DNA of 64,000 nucleotides, from positions 23,376,001 through 23,440,000 of the forward strand of contig OZ249436.1 in assembly GCA_965235115.1 (NCBI GenBank). Reading direction: 5' to 3'. A program made the position numbers and the translations under genes. Shown here piece by piece: positions 1 to 12,625 of this stretch (its first letter is position 1; each line of letters begins with the position of its first letter). Source of the DNA: Laetmonice hystrix. Lineage: Eukaryota. Under the pieces are notes generated by a model that was not told where the DNA came from, did no database searches, and was given only the letters and a program-made list of their open reading frames with translations.

Positions 1-2053
1 TTTCTTTTTCTGGCGGCTGTTTTGCATCTGCAGCTTCTGCACACGAATGCCTGTAACTGGTTTTGTAGTAAGACCTCTTCTTCTTGATGGGATATGCCAC
101 TGCTGTAAAGAGTATAACGTTTATGAGAATAAATATTCGGGGTAATATGGTATAATAAAATGAATTATGCACATAGGAAACCAAACGAAAGATGTAGTCA
201 TTGGTGGGCCTGCATCATCATGCATGCAACTAGCGTCACATTGAAAGGGACTCAGACAGAGCATTGCCCACAAAGCCCAGAAATAATGAAATCAATTAGC
301 ACGCACCTAACATATTTAAAAAGTAACTTTCCTTAAAGAAAAAGTATTACTTCTTTAAAAAGAGTCATACTGAAATAAACTGCACATATACCTGGGGTTG
401 TGATGTTTTAGATTCAACTGATGGCACTGCTTTCAACCCCAGATTTTTGTAGTGGACCAGCTGGTGAAGCACCGCTACTGTATGGTGGCACAAACTCTTC
501 CCCCGAGCACATGAACAGGTGTTACTTTTAATAGTTACACCTTCAAAGTCAATCTGTGAAACATGCAATTTGCAATTTTACTAAGTAGACATTTATTAGC
601 ACACATATTAATAAGAGTGCTTATGTGAGATATTTGTCGAATTGCAATAATATTTTTGTATTTTCCACAACTGTCTACAGAAAAGAACTGAAAGTGAAAC
701 TGACCACTAAAACAGTGGTCTCTGGTAGTGGCCCACCGGTATATAAGATTGATATCCAACTTACTCTGATATTATGCGGTAATTCAGTTTTCTTTCTTGA
801 CCTAAAGCACTGGGCTTTGAGAGACCACCTGTTTTCTTCTTGATGGCACACTGCAAAATTAACAGGCTAACGTTAGATGGGCATTGGGGGTGAAAACCAG
901 ATCTACAATGTACATCTACACGTCAAGAGTAGTCTACTCTACTGCCACTACAATACAAATAGATTAGTGACAGTGGCAGCTCCAGCCAGGGTTTCATTTT
1001 TTAACATTATTTAACTAGACTCGGGGCCAGCGAGAGCGGGGTGTGGTGGGGGGCGTTGTAGTCCGACATTGGTGACAGCCCATTGCCATTGGTCCGACAG
1101 ACCAATCCCTAGCCTAGGACTAGGAGTATAGTATACTATACTATAGCCTATAGTATAGGTTAGCTAGTATACATGTACTACTAAATACTAATAGTAATAG
1201 TAACACTAAGCTATGCCATGGCTAGAGTTAGGATTAGGTTTATAACTTTAGCCCCTAGGCCAGGGCTAGGGTTAGTAGCCTACTAGTAGTACTACTACTA
1301 CTATTTGTAACTAGTAGTAGTAGTAGTAGGCCAAAGACAAAGTGGACTGTCAGATTAAAGCCAAAAGGACCTAGTCCTCTGCTAGAGCGAGAGGGGTGGG
1401 TCGCCCGACAGAGGCCAGGGATGGCTAGGGCCTAGACGGGTCACTAACTACCTAGATCTACACTACAGTTCTAGTAACTGTAAAGTTATACTATTAATAT
1501 TATAATTAGGCCCCAAATGGATGAGCGCCCGCCCCTGCCCCCAAAGCCAAAGGCCAAGGGTCCCGGTAAGGCCAAGGCCAGGGGAGATCCCCTCTGCCCT
1601 CTCTCTGACTCTGGCCCTGACAGTGACAATAGCTGTAACGTTAGGCCTAGAATAGGTTTGACAATTTCTTGGTTTGCTAAGTACTAACTGTCACTAGTAC
1701 TAGTAACTAGTTCTAGTCTAATGCTAAGGCTAAGCTACTACGACTACGAGGACTACCGTTACGACTTACGTTAACGGTTAGGCCCAGAGCCAGACAGTCG
1801 CAGACACAGCCACAGGACAGTGACAGTGTAGTGACAGTGTAACGTCGTTAGTGTAGTGTAGTCAGTGGTAGACTGTCGGATAATAAAAATTACCTTTGAA
1901 TCCATGGACATACTGCTCCAGAAAAAATTTATATCCCCTCTGTGAAGTTGTGTGGATTCCGCTGCACTGTTCCATATAGGCCTCGAGCATAGTCGCCGTG
2001 AACCGTGGAACGGCCACGAGGTTCCCATGCCATACCGTCACCGTCAACGCCAT
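1..2053 (-). CDS. Spliced SWIM zinc-finger protein, 3' part off the window. Resembles the SWIM(-YqaJ exonuclease) accessory ORF of ISL2EU/Kolobok-type DNA transposons
   Basis: Four GT-AG exons join in frame: 2053-1894 (MALTV...RGYKFFLEQYVHGFK), 850-765 (VCHQEENRWSLKAQCFRSRKKTELPHNIR), 553-392 (IDFEG...CSCARGKSLCHH...SKTSQPQ) and 102 to the left edge (QWHIPSRRRG...). CxC-x5-CxH SWIM motif present. The family link is from motif recall. Confidence 0.8.
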
Positions 2054-2576
2054 TTTGAAAATGTTTGCTAGGCCAGCCTCGTTCTGGACCCGGCGTGAAT
2101 AAGGTCAATAGGCCTCAGCCCAGGCCTAAACCACATTAAAACAATAGGCCTAGGCTATAGGCCTAGGCCTATCATGATTACTTTCAGAACAAGCATTAAA
2201 AAACTTAGGCCTAGTTAAAAACGGAATTTTATGAAAAATAACAGCACTATGCTATGTGAACGAGATTGAAAATATTGTGACGGAATTAGGCCTATAGGGC
2301 CTACATTGACCACTTGTGCTTGTTATTCTTTGAAGGTCAGACCGTCGTCAGTTAAATAGGCCTATACATGTAGGGGTTAATCTAAGAAAAAATTAACTTC
2401 ATTCTGTAATCTACAGGAGTTTATCTTTAAAATAGGCCTAGGCCTAATACGGCCTATGCCAGGAAGGCCTAGGCCTATCCATTGGTATGGCTGCGATGTA
2501 GGCCTAGGCACGATTGACATCCCCTAACCCTAACTGAACCTTGAATTTGGCGCCACATTCCTTCTTGGATAGGTCC

Positions 2577-3143
2577 ATATCGTGCTCTTTTTTTTTTCTT
2601 TTTTTTTGGGGGGGGGGTGGGGGGTGGGGGTTGGGGAGGGGGCACTGCAAACATATCGTGCCGTGCAGACATATCGTGCTGGTTTTGCTGTTAAGAAAGC
2701 AGACATATTGATGAAAAACAGTAGACATATCGTGCCGGTCGGACATATCGTGCCGTTTTGGATGAAACAATGCAGACATATTGTGCCGGTCGGACATATC
2801 GTGCCGGTTTTGCTGAAAAAAAACGCGGACATATCGTGCCGGTCGGACATAGGCCTATCGTGCCATTTTGAATGAAAAAGTGCGGACATATTGTGCCGGT
2901 CGGACATATCGTGCCGGTTTTGCTGTTAAATACTCGGACATATCGTGCCGGTCGGACATATCGTGCCGTTTTGGATGAAAAAGTGCGGACATATTGTGCA
3001 GGTCGGACATATCGTGTCGGTTTTGCTGAAAAAGACTCAGACATATCGTGCCGGTCGGACATATCGTGCCGTTTGGAGTGGAAAACTGCGGACATATTGT
3101 GCCGGGGACATATCGTGCCAGGTGGACATATCGTGCCGCAACA
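2577..3143. repeat. Tandem array of ~59-bp units built from GGACATATCGTGCCGGTC sub-repeats, probably the interior and end of a non-autonomous TIR element
   Basis: Repeated GGACATATCGTGCC(GGTC). Array ends in ...GCCGCAACA; CCCTAACCCTAAC lies just upstream. Confidence 0.85.
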
Positions 3144-3599
3144 AGCCCTCACAATAGCGTATGGTATTGGTCGGAAAGGCCTGTGTAGTGAAGACAGGTT
3201 ACTGAGAGTCGGGTTCTTCAACCCACACTTTTGCGTATGTTATGACGGTGTACTGTGCGGGAGGTTTTCGTTTGAGTCGAGTATGGTAGTGAGCTCCCGG
3301 GTGGTCTTTATACTTGGTCGTTTCATGGGAAGGGGTGACCTCGATGAAGGTCGGCCAGTGCTAGCCCTTTGTGTGTGATTTATAAAGGGAAATAACTGAT
3401 TCTGTTCTTTGTGCCTGTCACTTATGTTATTAATTAGTTATTAACGTGGTAAATTGTTCAGGTTGGTGCGGACAGTTGATCTTCATGAATTTAATGATGC
3501 CCGTGATATGATTGAATATATGTTAGCAGGCCTGTTGTCTGCATATTTTGGGGCTTAGTGTATGTGTATGTTGTGTATTATGGTCCGCCAGTTCCTGCC

Positions 3600-4311
3600 C
3601 GCGCTCATCAAAATGGCCTACGTGCATGAGATGGCGTTTCACTTGTCCTTATTGGTCGTCACCGGTGCTTGTCAAGTTGGCGATGGTTGGTGACAGCACT
3701 CGGATGTGATTGCGTTCATCAACGATGGCAATGTGCTTGAGGTGACGCCTCCCGTTTCCTTAATCGCGCTTATCAAGATGGCCTACGTGCATGAGATGGC
3801 GTTCCACTTGTCCTTATTGGTCGTCACCGGTGCTTGTCAAGTTGGCGATGGTTGGTGACAGCACTCGGATGTGATTGCGTTCATCAACGATGGCAATGTG
3901 CTTGAGGTGACGCCTCCCGTTTCCTTAATCGCGCTTATCAAGATGGCCTACGTGCATGAGATGGCGTTCCACTTGTCCTTATTGGTCGTCACCGGTGCTT
4001 GTCAAGTTGGCGATGGTTGGTGACAGCACTCGGATGTAATTGCGTTCATCAACGATGGCAATGTGCTTGAGGTGACGCCTCCCGTTTCCTTAATCGCGCT
4101 CATCAAGATGACCTACGTGCATGAGATGGCGTTCCACTTGTCCTTATTGGTCGTCACCGGTGCTTGTCAAGTTGGCGGTGGTTGGTGACAGCACTCGGAT
4201 GTAATTGCGTTCATCAACGATGGCAATGTGCTTGAGGTGACGCCTCCCTTTTCCTTAATCGCGCTCATCAAGATGGCCTACGTGCATGAGATGGCGTTCC
4301 ACTTGTCCTTA
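3600..4311. repeat. 165-bp tandem repeat, ~4.3 near-identical copies
   Basis: Units start at 3600, 3765, 3930, 4095 and 4260 (CGCGCTYATCAARATGGCC...). Confidence 0.95.
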
Positions 4312-4389
4312 AGGGGGGGGGGGGGGTAGCTCAATCCGTAGTGAGTGAAATACAATATCAACGTCACTGGTTTCCGGTGTGTCAGCCTC

Positions 4390-5570
4390 TCTTAAAAATA
4401 AGATTTAGGAGAATCAGTATGTGGACCTATCCTAGTTGTTGTCAAGGCCGTAGGCGACGGGTTCATCCGACGTTGAGGCTGGTGAAGACGCTCCCAGGCT
4501 GGCTATGAATGTGGGGGAGTGGGACCAAGCGTTTGCTCAATTCCATGCCATTTTGATTAAGGTCCACCCACACTTGTCAGGATCTCTGATCGCCCATGCT
4601 CAGTATGTCAAAAAGGTGGCGGCGTCTGGTGGCGACTGGTTAATGTACGATGAAAGATTCAGAAGGGGCGTGGCAGATGGTTCAATAATGTGGGGCCAGT
4701 TGAATGTTGAATTATCCTTGGATGCCAGTTTATATGTCATGCGTCGGGGGGCGCTCCAGACGGGGGAATCAGGTCATCCGCGAGTGCAACGGCCAAGACC
4801 GACCTCCAGGATCCCAATAGGCCACTGTTTTCAATTCCATCGTGGGAACGTGTGCAGTAAAAGCACACGGCTCACCCAACATTTCGTTGTGGGAGCTTTC
4901 GTGGAGGGCTCCAGCAGGAACGGCAGCGACGGCAGCAGACATCAAGTGGTCCCCAAAGGCTGTTCGGTGGTGGCACATGAAGTGTCCTTGGTAGTACCGG
5001 GAAGTCCAGGGGAGATGCATGTGGTGGCGTCAACTGAGTCCCTGCAGTTGCAGGCTCAGAAAGAAATGGCTCCGGTGTGCTTGGCACTTCCGACTCCAGT
5101 TGTGGGTTCTAGACTCAAGGAGTTATTATTAAGAGCGGGTTATTGCCCCGATAAAGTTTCGTATCTTGAACTGGGATTTAGCCTAGGGGTTCGGTTGCGA
5201 TATGGAAGTTCCAACCCTGAAATGGATCAACACCAGGCCCATTTTCTCATCCACAGTTACCTAAATTCCATGTTTCTCTCGTTCGTCTTGATCCGAAGAA
5301 AGTTCCAGAGAGAGTATTGCTTTATCCATAAATTGTCCCATCCGTTTGGGGAGTCAGTGAGAGTGAATTATAACATACCTTTTGGGGAGAAAACTGTGTA
5401 ATATGCTAGGTTGGGTGATGCCGTAGCTATTATAAAACAAATAGGCAATGGAACTGGAAACTGAAGGTCCGCCTTTAAAGTTATCCCCATACACACAAAT
5501 GATTACTAATTACTGGGGTTAAAAGGATTCTATTACGCAAATACTGTCCCAATGGGGGCCGGCTTCTTCA
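4390..5570 (+). pseudogene. Degenerate DIRS/Ngaro-type (tyrosine-recombinase) retrotransposon: gag-like region and start of RT
   Basis: Gag-like motifs KI*ENQYVDLS, WDQAF...DWLMYDERFR and CFQFHRG. Then LPTPV...LGFSLGVRLRY, FIHKLSHPFGESV, DAVAIIKQIG and SAFKVIPIH, typical of DIRS/Ngaro RT. Stops and frameshifts present. Confidence 0.7.
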
Positions 5571-6178
5571 TGTGCTAACGTGTATCCATGGTGTCATCAG
5601 ATTGGTGCATTAGGGGTCCAGATGATTGGTAATATTGATATTATATTGTTGTTTTAAATTTTCATTTCCATGTCGACCATTGGATGAGCTGAAACGATGG
5701 AGCTTGGTCTTGGATTCGTTATGGTGTGCCGTCTTCAGGAAGATAACGGGGTCGTCGACGACAGAATATGATTGGTGCCACGGAGGTGTCGCCTGGTGGA
5801 TCAAGGAGTCTGGGCGTCGGTGTGAAAGGGTTGACTCCCGGCCCCTGGTGAGGTCAATGCGATTGGAAGGGCTTGGGGTGGCTGCAGATGGCCATTCCGC
5901 CCCCCCCCCCCCCAAGGGGGTAGAATCAAGACCTGCGACAAGTTGGTGGGAGTAAGCGGGTGTCTCCCTAGGTAGCAAAATCTGGATAGAAAACCATGAC
6001 ACAATCCTGCCGGACAAGGCTGACTCCTGCGGATGGGAGTCGCGTGCATCGGACATCCCAGCTAGTGACTAGGGGACATTATGTCGCTAGTTGCTGTGAA
6101 GAACGATTGACTATGATTTAGAGATATACCAATGAGATATACCAACGTACAGTATATGCGGTGTTACAACCGCTAATG

Positions 6179-6650
6179 TAATAACAGTCACTATTGTAAT
6201 AATTAATGATTATTACAATAGCGGGCGCGCTGCATGGCAAAATCAACCACTATTGTAATAATTATTACAATAGCTGGCGCGAATGCATAGCAAAATCAAC
6301 CACTATTGTAATAACGTCCACTATTGTAATAACTGGGGTGCTAGGGGGTACCAGGGATGTACCACCAGAGTACCGGACAGGACCAGGGGAGCATTTTGGG
6401 GTACCCTCTGAGTACCCTCTGGGTACCCCCTGGGTACCAACCGAGGGGTACCAGGGAAATACTACTGGAGTACCGGACAGGACCAGGGGAGCACTTTGGG
6501 GGTACTCCCTGAGTACCATCTGGGTACCCTCAGGTACCGATCTGGTCGGTACCCTTTGAACAAAGTTTTATTACAATAGTGGTTGATTTTGCCATGCAGC
6601 GCGCCCGCTATTGTAATAATTATTAATTATTACAATAGTGACTGTTATTA
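6179..6650. mobile_element. MITE with ~85-bp terminal inverted repeats and a GGTACC-rich interior
   Basis: Left TAATAACAGTCACTATTG...GCGGGCGCGCTGCATGGCAAAATCAACCAC is mirrored at 6568-6650. Confidence 0.8.
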
Positions 6651-6722
6651 TCCCATCCCCTATCCCGGGGATCGGATCTAGAAATTGTCTGGTTTCGGTT
6701 TCTGTATTATTATTTGCGACCC

Positions 6723-6775
<53 letters not shown>

Positions 6776-7745
6776 AACAGGGGTCATATCTCGGTCGGTT
6801 TTCAAGATATCTAAGTCAAACTTAGTGGACATGTTGATAGTCACCAACTCTGACCTGACAATGAGTCATGACGTCACATGACGTAACGTCATGACGTCAT
6901 GACGTCATTCGTGTTCTGAATATTGGGACGGTTTTTAAGGTCAATATGGACACTTTCTAGGAACTTATGACACTGTCAGAATTTGGCAAATCCCTAATTC
7001 ATTTTTCGGAAAAATTTTGACCTTTGACCTTTGACATGTCTAAAAGGTGGGTCAAAGGTCAGAAAATGCTTAAATCCCTACTTTTCCTCAATTTACATTA
7101 AAATTTTATGAAATTGCCCAGGAATGGTCTCTAAGGAGGGCTTCAAAGGAATCCGCTTTGCTACAATTGATTGGACCCATATTGGCTGAGTCACGTGACC
7201 TCAAAATTTTGAACGGTGGTCAATTTTGCTATCTATGGCTATAACTAAGAAACGGTGCCAGATAGGGCCATAGTTACTATTGAACACGAATAGGAAGTCA
7301 TGCATTCTCTTTCAATTGAGGCCAAGTTTGATGACGTAGCGTGACGTATGACGTCATAATGACATCATCATTATTTTCTAGGGACTATAATTCTTAAACG
7401 GTGGGTGATAAAGACATAGTTACTATTGAACAAGAGTAGGAAGTCATGCATGCTCTTTCAGTTGACTCCAAGTTTGATGACGTAGCGTGACATATGACGT
7501 CACAATGACGTCATCAGTATTTTCTAGGGTCTATAAGTCCTAAACGGTGGGAGATAGAGCCATGGTTACTATAGAACACAAATAGGAAGTCATGGATGCT
7601 CTTTCAACTGAGGCCAAGTTTAATGACGTAGCATGACGTATGACGTCATAGTGACGTCATCAATATTTTCTAAGGCCTGTAACTCCTAAACAGTGGGAGA
7701 TAAAACCATGGTTACTATTGGACATGAATAGGAATAGGAATGGGG
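6648..7745 (+). mobile_element. Helentron-associated (HINE/DINE-like) non-autonomous element with (TAG)n and ~120-bp core repeats
   Basis: 5' TTATCCCATCCCC...GGGGATCGGAT hairpin, a microsatellite, then four ~120-bp units containing GTTACTAT...TAGGAAGTCATG (7240-7735). Confidence 0.55.
6723..6775. repeat. (TAG)n microsatellite
   Basis: Direct reading. Confidence 0.97.
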
Positions 7746-8653
7746 GGGGGGGGGGTTGACTGTCGCCTGACGTTTCAGGCTATTAAGAGCCAGGTGACAG
7801 CTATAAGGGTCTAAGTTCATCGTCGTACGACGGATGTTTTGAGTGGATGATAATTTTCAATTAAGTGAACTTGCTAGGTGAAGTTTGATGTATATTCTAC
7901 CGTTGGTCCGTCGCGAGACGTGGAGAGCAAGTGATGAGCGTCGCTATGGATTGTAACGTACTGTAAGGTAGCTCTTGTGGATTGGATAAAGTATAATGTT
8001 GGTGTTTAACAACCCTTATTATATGTGATACAGGTTGGGGTTGGTGTCCCAGTTTACGGTTTAGTGTTCTAGTGATACAGTTTGGGGTTGGTGTCCATGA
8101 ACACTTACGTTATGGACAAGAAATTTATATCCTGGCCCTTTCCCGTAGCCACGGGAGGGCGAGAAGGATATTGACATTAAATCACTTGAGCAGATTTCCC
8201 GCATCGATTTAACCTTTCCCGAAGTTTCGGGGGGGGGGGGGGGGGGGGGACAAGACAATGTGTAACATGGATTAATATTCAACAGCGAGAAATATATTTT
8301 GGGCTGCATATAGAAATTTTGATATTCCCAGGCTCTTCATCAACAAATTCTTGCCTTGAAGAGTCAGGTTTCGCCATGACCATAAATTGATAGTTGTCTT
8401 TAATTCTTTAATTCTGTTAGCGAAATTTCGGGACGACAACTGTTCATGGTTTGTGGAGAATTTGATTCCTAGAATTTTAAATTCACTCTCGATCCATTTT
8501 GCCGGGATATTTTCGGGTCTATTATTTGTAGAGTCAACTAATTTCAATATCTCTGTTTTGTTTCTATCCACCTTTAGCCCTGAGCATTTTTGAAAACGAT
8601 GTAATAAGTCAAAAAGTGCGAGGATGCCCTCCCCTGTCCCTATAAGACATGAT

Positions 8654-10272
8654 AGGCAGATTTTTCGTCGCCGGTCTAGACCTGGTCTAAGAAGATCCAT
8701 GGTTTAAACCATACATAAACTGGGTCTGAAGTATGGTCTAACTTTTTGCATTTCTCGTGCCTAGTTTTTCCCCAAACCTGGTCTTAATCATGGTCTTACT
8801 TAAAACTAGGGAGGGGGGTAGTTTAAGTCGTGGTTTTTCTCGAGCAAGTGCGATAAGTGCACCTGCATTGAGAGACACGTGACACACAATGGCTGGAATA
8901 TTGCATACTATTGGTGGAGAGGGCAAGGAGACAAGAACATATAGACTACATATAGATACTGGCGGGGGGGGGGGGTAGGGGCGATCGCCCCCCTCTTCTG
9001 AAACTCATGCCCCTGATCCACCGGTGGCGATTGGGCTTCGTGATGGGTTGGCGACATGTTCGTGACATCTTCGCGACAGCCCGAGCATCTAAAAATTGCT
9101 CGGCAATCGCGAAACACAATTTCGGTGGATCAGCTTTGGAGACGGATTGGCGACAGCTTCGCGACACACCTGGCTTTGTGACAGCTTCGCGACAGGTGTC
9201 GCCAATATCAAACAAGTTTGATATTCGCGACTGGCAACGGACGCAGTTTGCGAGGGTGTTGTTGTCGCAACCGGTGGATCAGGTATGTGATTTTCGTGAC
9301 ACCTTGGCGCGTGCTTCGAGACAGCTTGGCGACTTACTGAATCATGTCGCCAAGCTGTCTCAACAAAATGACAACTGCGGCTTCGCGATCGAGCATTTCC
9401 ATCGCGAAGCTGTTACGAACGTGTCGCCACCGGTGGATCAGGGCCATGATACTTATCGGCCTATCAGCCAGAGTGGGACAGAACAGGGCCAGAGTCGGCC
9501 TAGGCTGACTTCAGCCACCACCACCCCCGGAAGAAATTATCTTTCGACGCTACTGGAGAGATTATACCAACCGATTGCGATGATGTCGATTTTCATGGTA
9601 GATAGAGATTTACAAGGCAAACAGTGTTACATCTTATTGACACAATTCAGCAAGACCCGGAACCACGAATCCCGTCACACCCGCCCAGAAAACTTTGTCG
9701 CTTGATATCACACTTTGGGTTGAAAAACAGTGTTTATCAATCGATAAACACTGGCTTTTTTTGACAAAAACTCTGCTTATCGACTGAAAGACAAGCTTTT
9801 TGGCGAAAACAGTATTTTTACCTGGAATACAAGAGTTTTCGGCCAAAACTTTGTAGTCGGCCTATATAGAAGGTTTCAGTCGAGAAACAGTGTTTATCAA
9901 TGAGAAACACTGTTTTTCAACCCAAATTCTTATATCAAGCGATAGACAGGGTTTCAACTGATAAGCAGTGTTTTTCAATCGAAAAACTATTTTTCAATTG
10001 ATAAACACTGTTTTTTTTATCAAAAAACAGTATTTATCAGACCTTACCCATTCTGCTTGCCATTATACGCATGCGCTCTCACTGTGTGACACTTGAACTT
10101 GGTTTATACTAGGACTATTTGTGGGTCGGTGAGACCTGGTTTAATTCACCCACGAAAAATTCCTTCGCGGACCTGGTTTAATCCTGGTCTGAACCGGGTT
10201 TCCACAATCCTGTTTTAAACGAGGTTTCACTGACTTAGACCACGATTAAGACCGGCGACGAAAAATCGACCT
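8654..10272. mobile_element. Non-autonomous TIR element with a 3-bp TSD (GAT) inserted in the LINE RT; carries nested MITEs
   Basis: 24-bp TIRs AGG(CA/TC)GATTTTTCGTCGCCGGTCT. GAT at 8651-8653 and 10273-10275. Confidence 0.85.
9005..9449. mobile_element. Nested MITE
   Basis: Inverted termini TCATGSCCCTGATCCACCGGTGGCGA. TSD is ambiguous (AT or CATG). Confidence 0.75.
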
Positions 10273-11316
10273 GATGTGTCGTCCGCAAACTGGCTTAATT
10301 TTACTTCTACCTCTCCAATCCATATACCCGGGATAGTCATATCCTTTCTAATATTGTTTGCCATGATTTCTGCTGCAATTACAAAGAGAAAAGGTGAAAT
10401 AGGACAGCCTTGTCTCACCCCTCTGGAGACTTCAAAGAACTCTGACGCGTATCCATTGTTAATAACGCAGCTGACTGCACCACTATCACCTAACCATTTT
10501 CCTGAACGTGTCACCTAGGCCAAACGCTTCTAGGGCCCTATCTATGAACGACCAGTCTATTTTGTCGAAAGCCTTTTCAAAATCTATTGCCACAAGGAAG
10601 CCTTGTAAGTTCTTTTTAGCCGCTATTGCTAGAATGTCATCAATCAATCTTATATTTTCACCTATATATCTTCCTTTAACAAAGCCTGTCTGGTTAGGGT
10701 GAATGATATCTGGAAGAACTTTACATAATCGGGTAGCAAGACATTTTGCAAGTATTTTGTAATCGACATTAAGCAGTGATATCGGTCGCCAGTTCTCTAG
10801 CAAGGTTCTGTCCCTATTTCCCTTTGGTATGATGGTTATAATGCCCCGTCTTTGGTCTATAGACAGTTTTTCAAAATTTAATGCAAATCGAAACTGATCA
10901 AAGAGTAATTCCTTGATATCATCCCAGAATCGTTTGTAAAATTCTACTGTGAATCCATCAGATCCTGGTGACTTGTGAGCTTTCATTATTTTCATATCTT
11001 CACTAATGGTTACTCCTTGACTTTTTGCAATAAAGGCGTCTCCTGCTGCCGAAAAAGACTGTACGAGCTCGTATATGGCCTTATAGCTCGTAAAGAAGCA
11101 AAAGCTCGTAAATTTTGCTATTCTAATCTATAGAAAATACGAGCTCGTAAAATACGAGTGTTTAGTGAAACGGGCCCATATCTCATGAAGCATCCGAACC
11201 ATACCCACCAGGCTGAGGTAGGCCGTTGCTAAGGAAATTTCGGACTGCATGTCTGTTGCTAACTGATGTTACCATCTTAATCTCTGATAGCACTTTAGGG
11301 GGGTAGGGGCCATTCT

Positions 11317-12625
11317 TTTTTAGCCCCCACAACGGGGGGCTTATAATTCGCCCTCCGTCCGTCCGTACGTCCGTCTGTATGTCTGTAGACAGCGATTTCT
11401 CAGAAGTGTATGGGTCGATTTCTTTGAAACTTCACACAATGATCAGTGATGAACTGAGGATGATGCACGTCAAACAAATTTTTGATATAATTCAAAATGG
11501 CCGCTTGGCGGCCATCTTCGATGTAAACACATTTTGAGCAATAACTCAGCCAAAACAATCACGATTTCTTTCAAACATGGTGCAGGGATGAGGCATAATG
11601 AGGGCCAATATGCATCACAATAAAATTTCAATTCAGATCCAAAATGGCGACATGGCTGCCATATTTCTTTCTTGACCCCCACAATGACACTGATTTGGCT
11701 TATATCTCGAAAACGGTGCAAGATGACGCAATAGTTATTATTATTGATAGATAGGAAGTCATATAATATATGACTTCCTATCTATCAATAATAGTAATAG
11801 TATGAAAATATGCATGACCTTGATTGACCTTTCAAGGTCGCTCAAGGTCATCGAAAATTGCGCCAAATGAAACCATAATATTTTCAATAGCCTCGATCTT
11901 CAAAACAGTTAAAGATAACGACATAGGCCTAATCTTGCATGAAACATTACATAATGATCCGGGACAGTCCACGGATCAGGCAGGTCAAAGATATATTTGA
12001 CATCAGTCAAAATGACCGCGTGGTGGCCATCTTGGATATTAAACACATTTGGAGCAATACCTCAGACAAAACGATCCCGATTTCTTTCAAATTTGGTGGA
12101 AAGAAGGTGTATATATGAGGGTACTATGTTCTCTGTGACGGGTATCTACGCAAAAACTACGCAAAACCGGTTTTGCAAAACTGTATGTCATTTCTTTTGC
12201 AGTCAATTAAGTATTTTCTATCAATTCTTTTTGTGCATTTACCAGAAGGGATTAGATATTATTATGATCTATATACACATTGCATTTGAAATAAACAATG
12301 AAATGGGAATGACAAGTATCTACGGAAAAATACACAATCATGTAAACCCACATAAAATATACATACTTAAACTATACTGGAATATATCATGGGAAATATA
12401 TCTTTATGAACTGTTCTACGTAAATAATACCGAAAGAAGTTAATATCGTATGTTTCTTTTTTGTGCTTGGTGTTAAATGACTCAATTGTTACTTTTTAGG
12501 GTTAAAAATGACCTATTTTTGAGGTATATTTGGCTGTAACTTCCTTAATACTTGTTGGAGATATGCAAAAGTATGGTTCCCTTTGAAGTTCTTGACAAGC
12601 CCGATGTGGTGGGGCAATAATACTT
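11317..12625 (+). mobile_element. HINE/DINE-like Helentron derivative
   Basis: Starts TTTTTTAGCCCCCAC, followed by a (GTCC/GTCT)n tract and a GACCTTGATTGACC core. Inverted GTGGGGCAATAA near 12610. Homologous to reverse-oriented copies at ~21060-21870 and ~34763-35360. Confidence 0.6.

Larger units (their letters stand above)
8272..10995 (-). pseudogene. Tx1/L1-clade LINE reverse-transcriptase fragment, frameshifted and split by an insertion
   Basis: KSPGSDGFTVEFYK, NWRPISLLNVDYK, DFEKAFD, GVRQGCPISPFLF and QFADDT. Resumes left of the insert with SCLIG...SGLKV...KILGI...LTLQGK. Removing 8654-10275 restores DDTSCLIG in frame. Confidence 0.9.

Noticed and set aside
2521..2534. CCCTAACCCTAA telomere-like motif
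   Set aside because: Only two units, embedded in a TIR-element-like repeat; not an interstitial telomere array.
5626..5955. Possible tyrosine-recombinase remnant of the DIRS/Ngaro relic
   Set aside because: The position fits, but the catalytic HSxRxG-type motif is not recognisable.
7755..7840. Possible Penelope-type hammerhead ribozyme on the minus strand (CGATGAA...GAAACGTC)
   Set aside because: The CUGANGA core is not intact and the stems are not convincing.
9007..9705. 232-aa ORF inside the TIR element as a possible transposase
   Set aside because: It starts in a MITE TIR, crosses element boundaries and has no DDE-like motifs.
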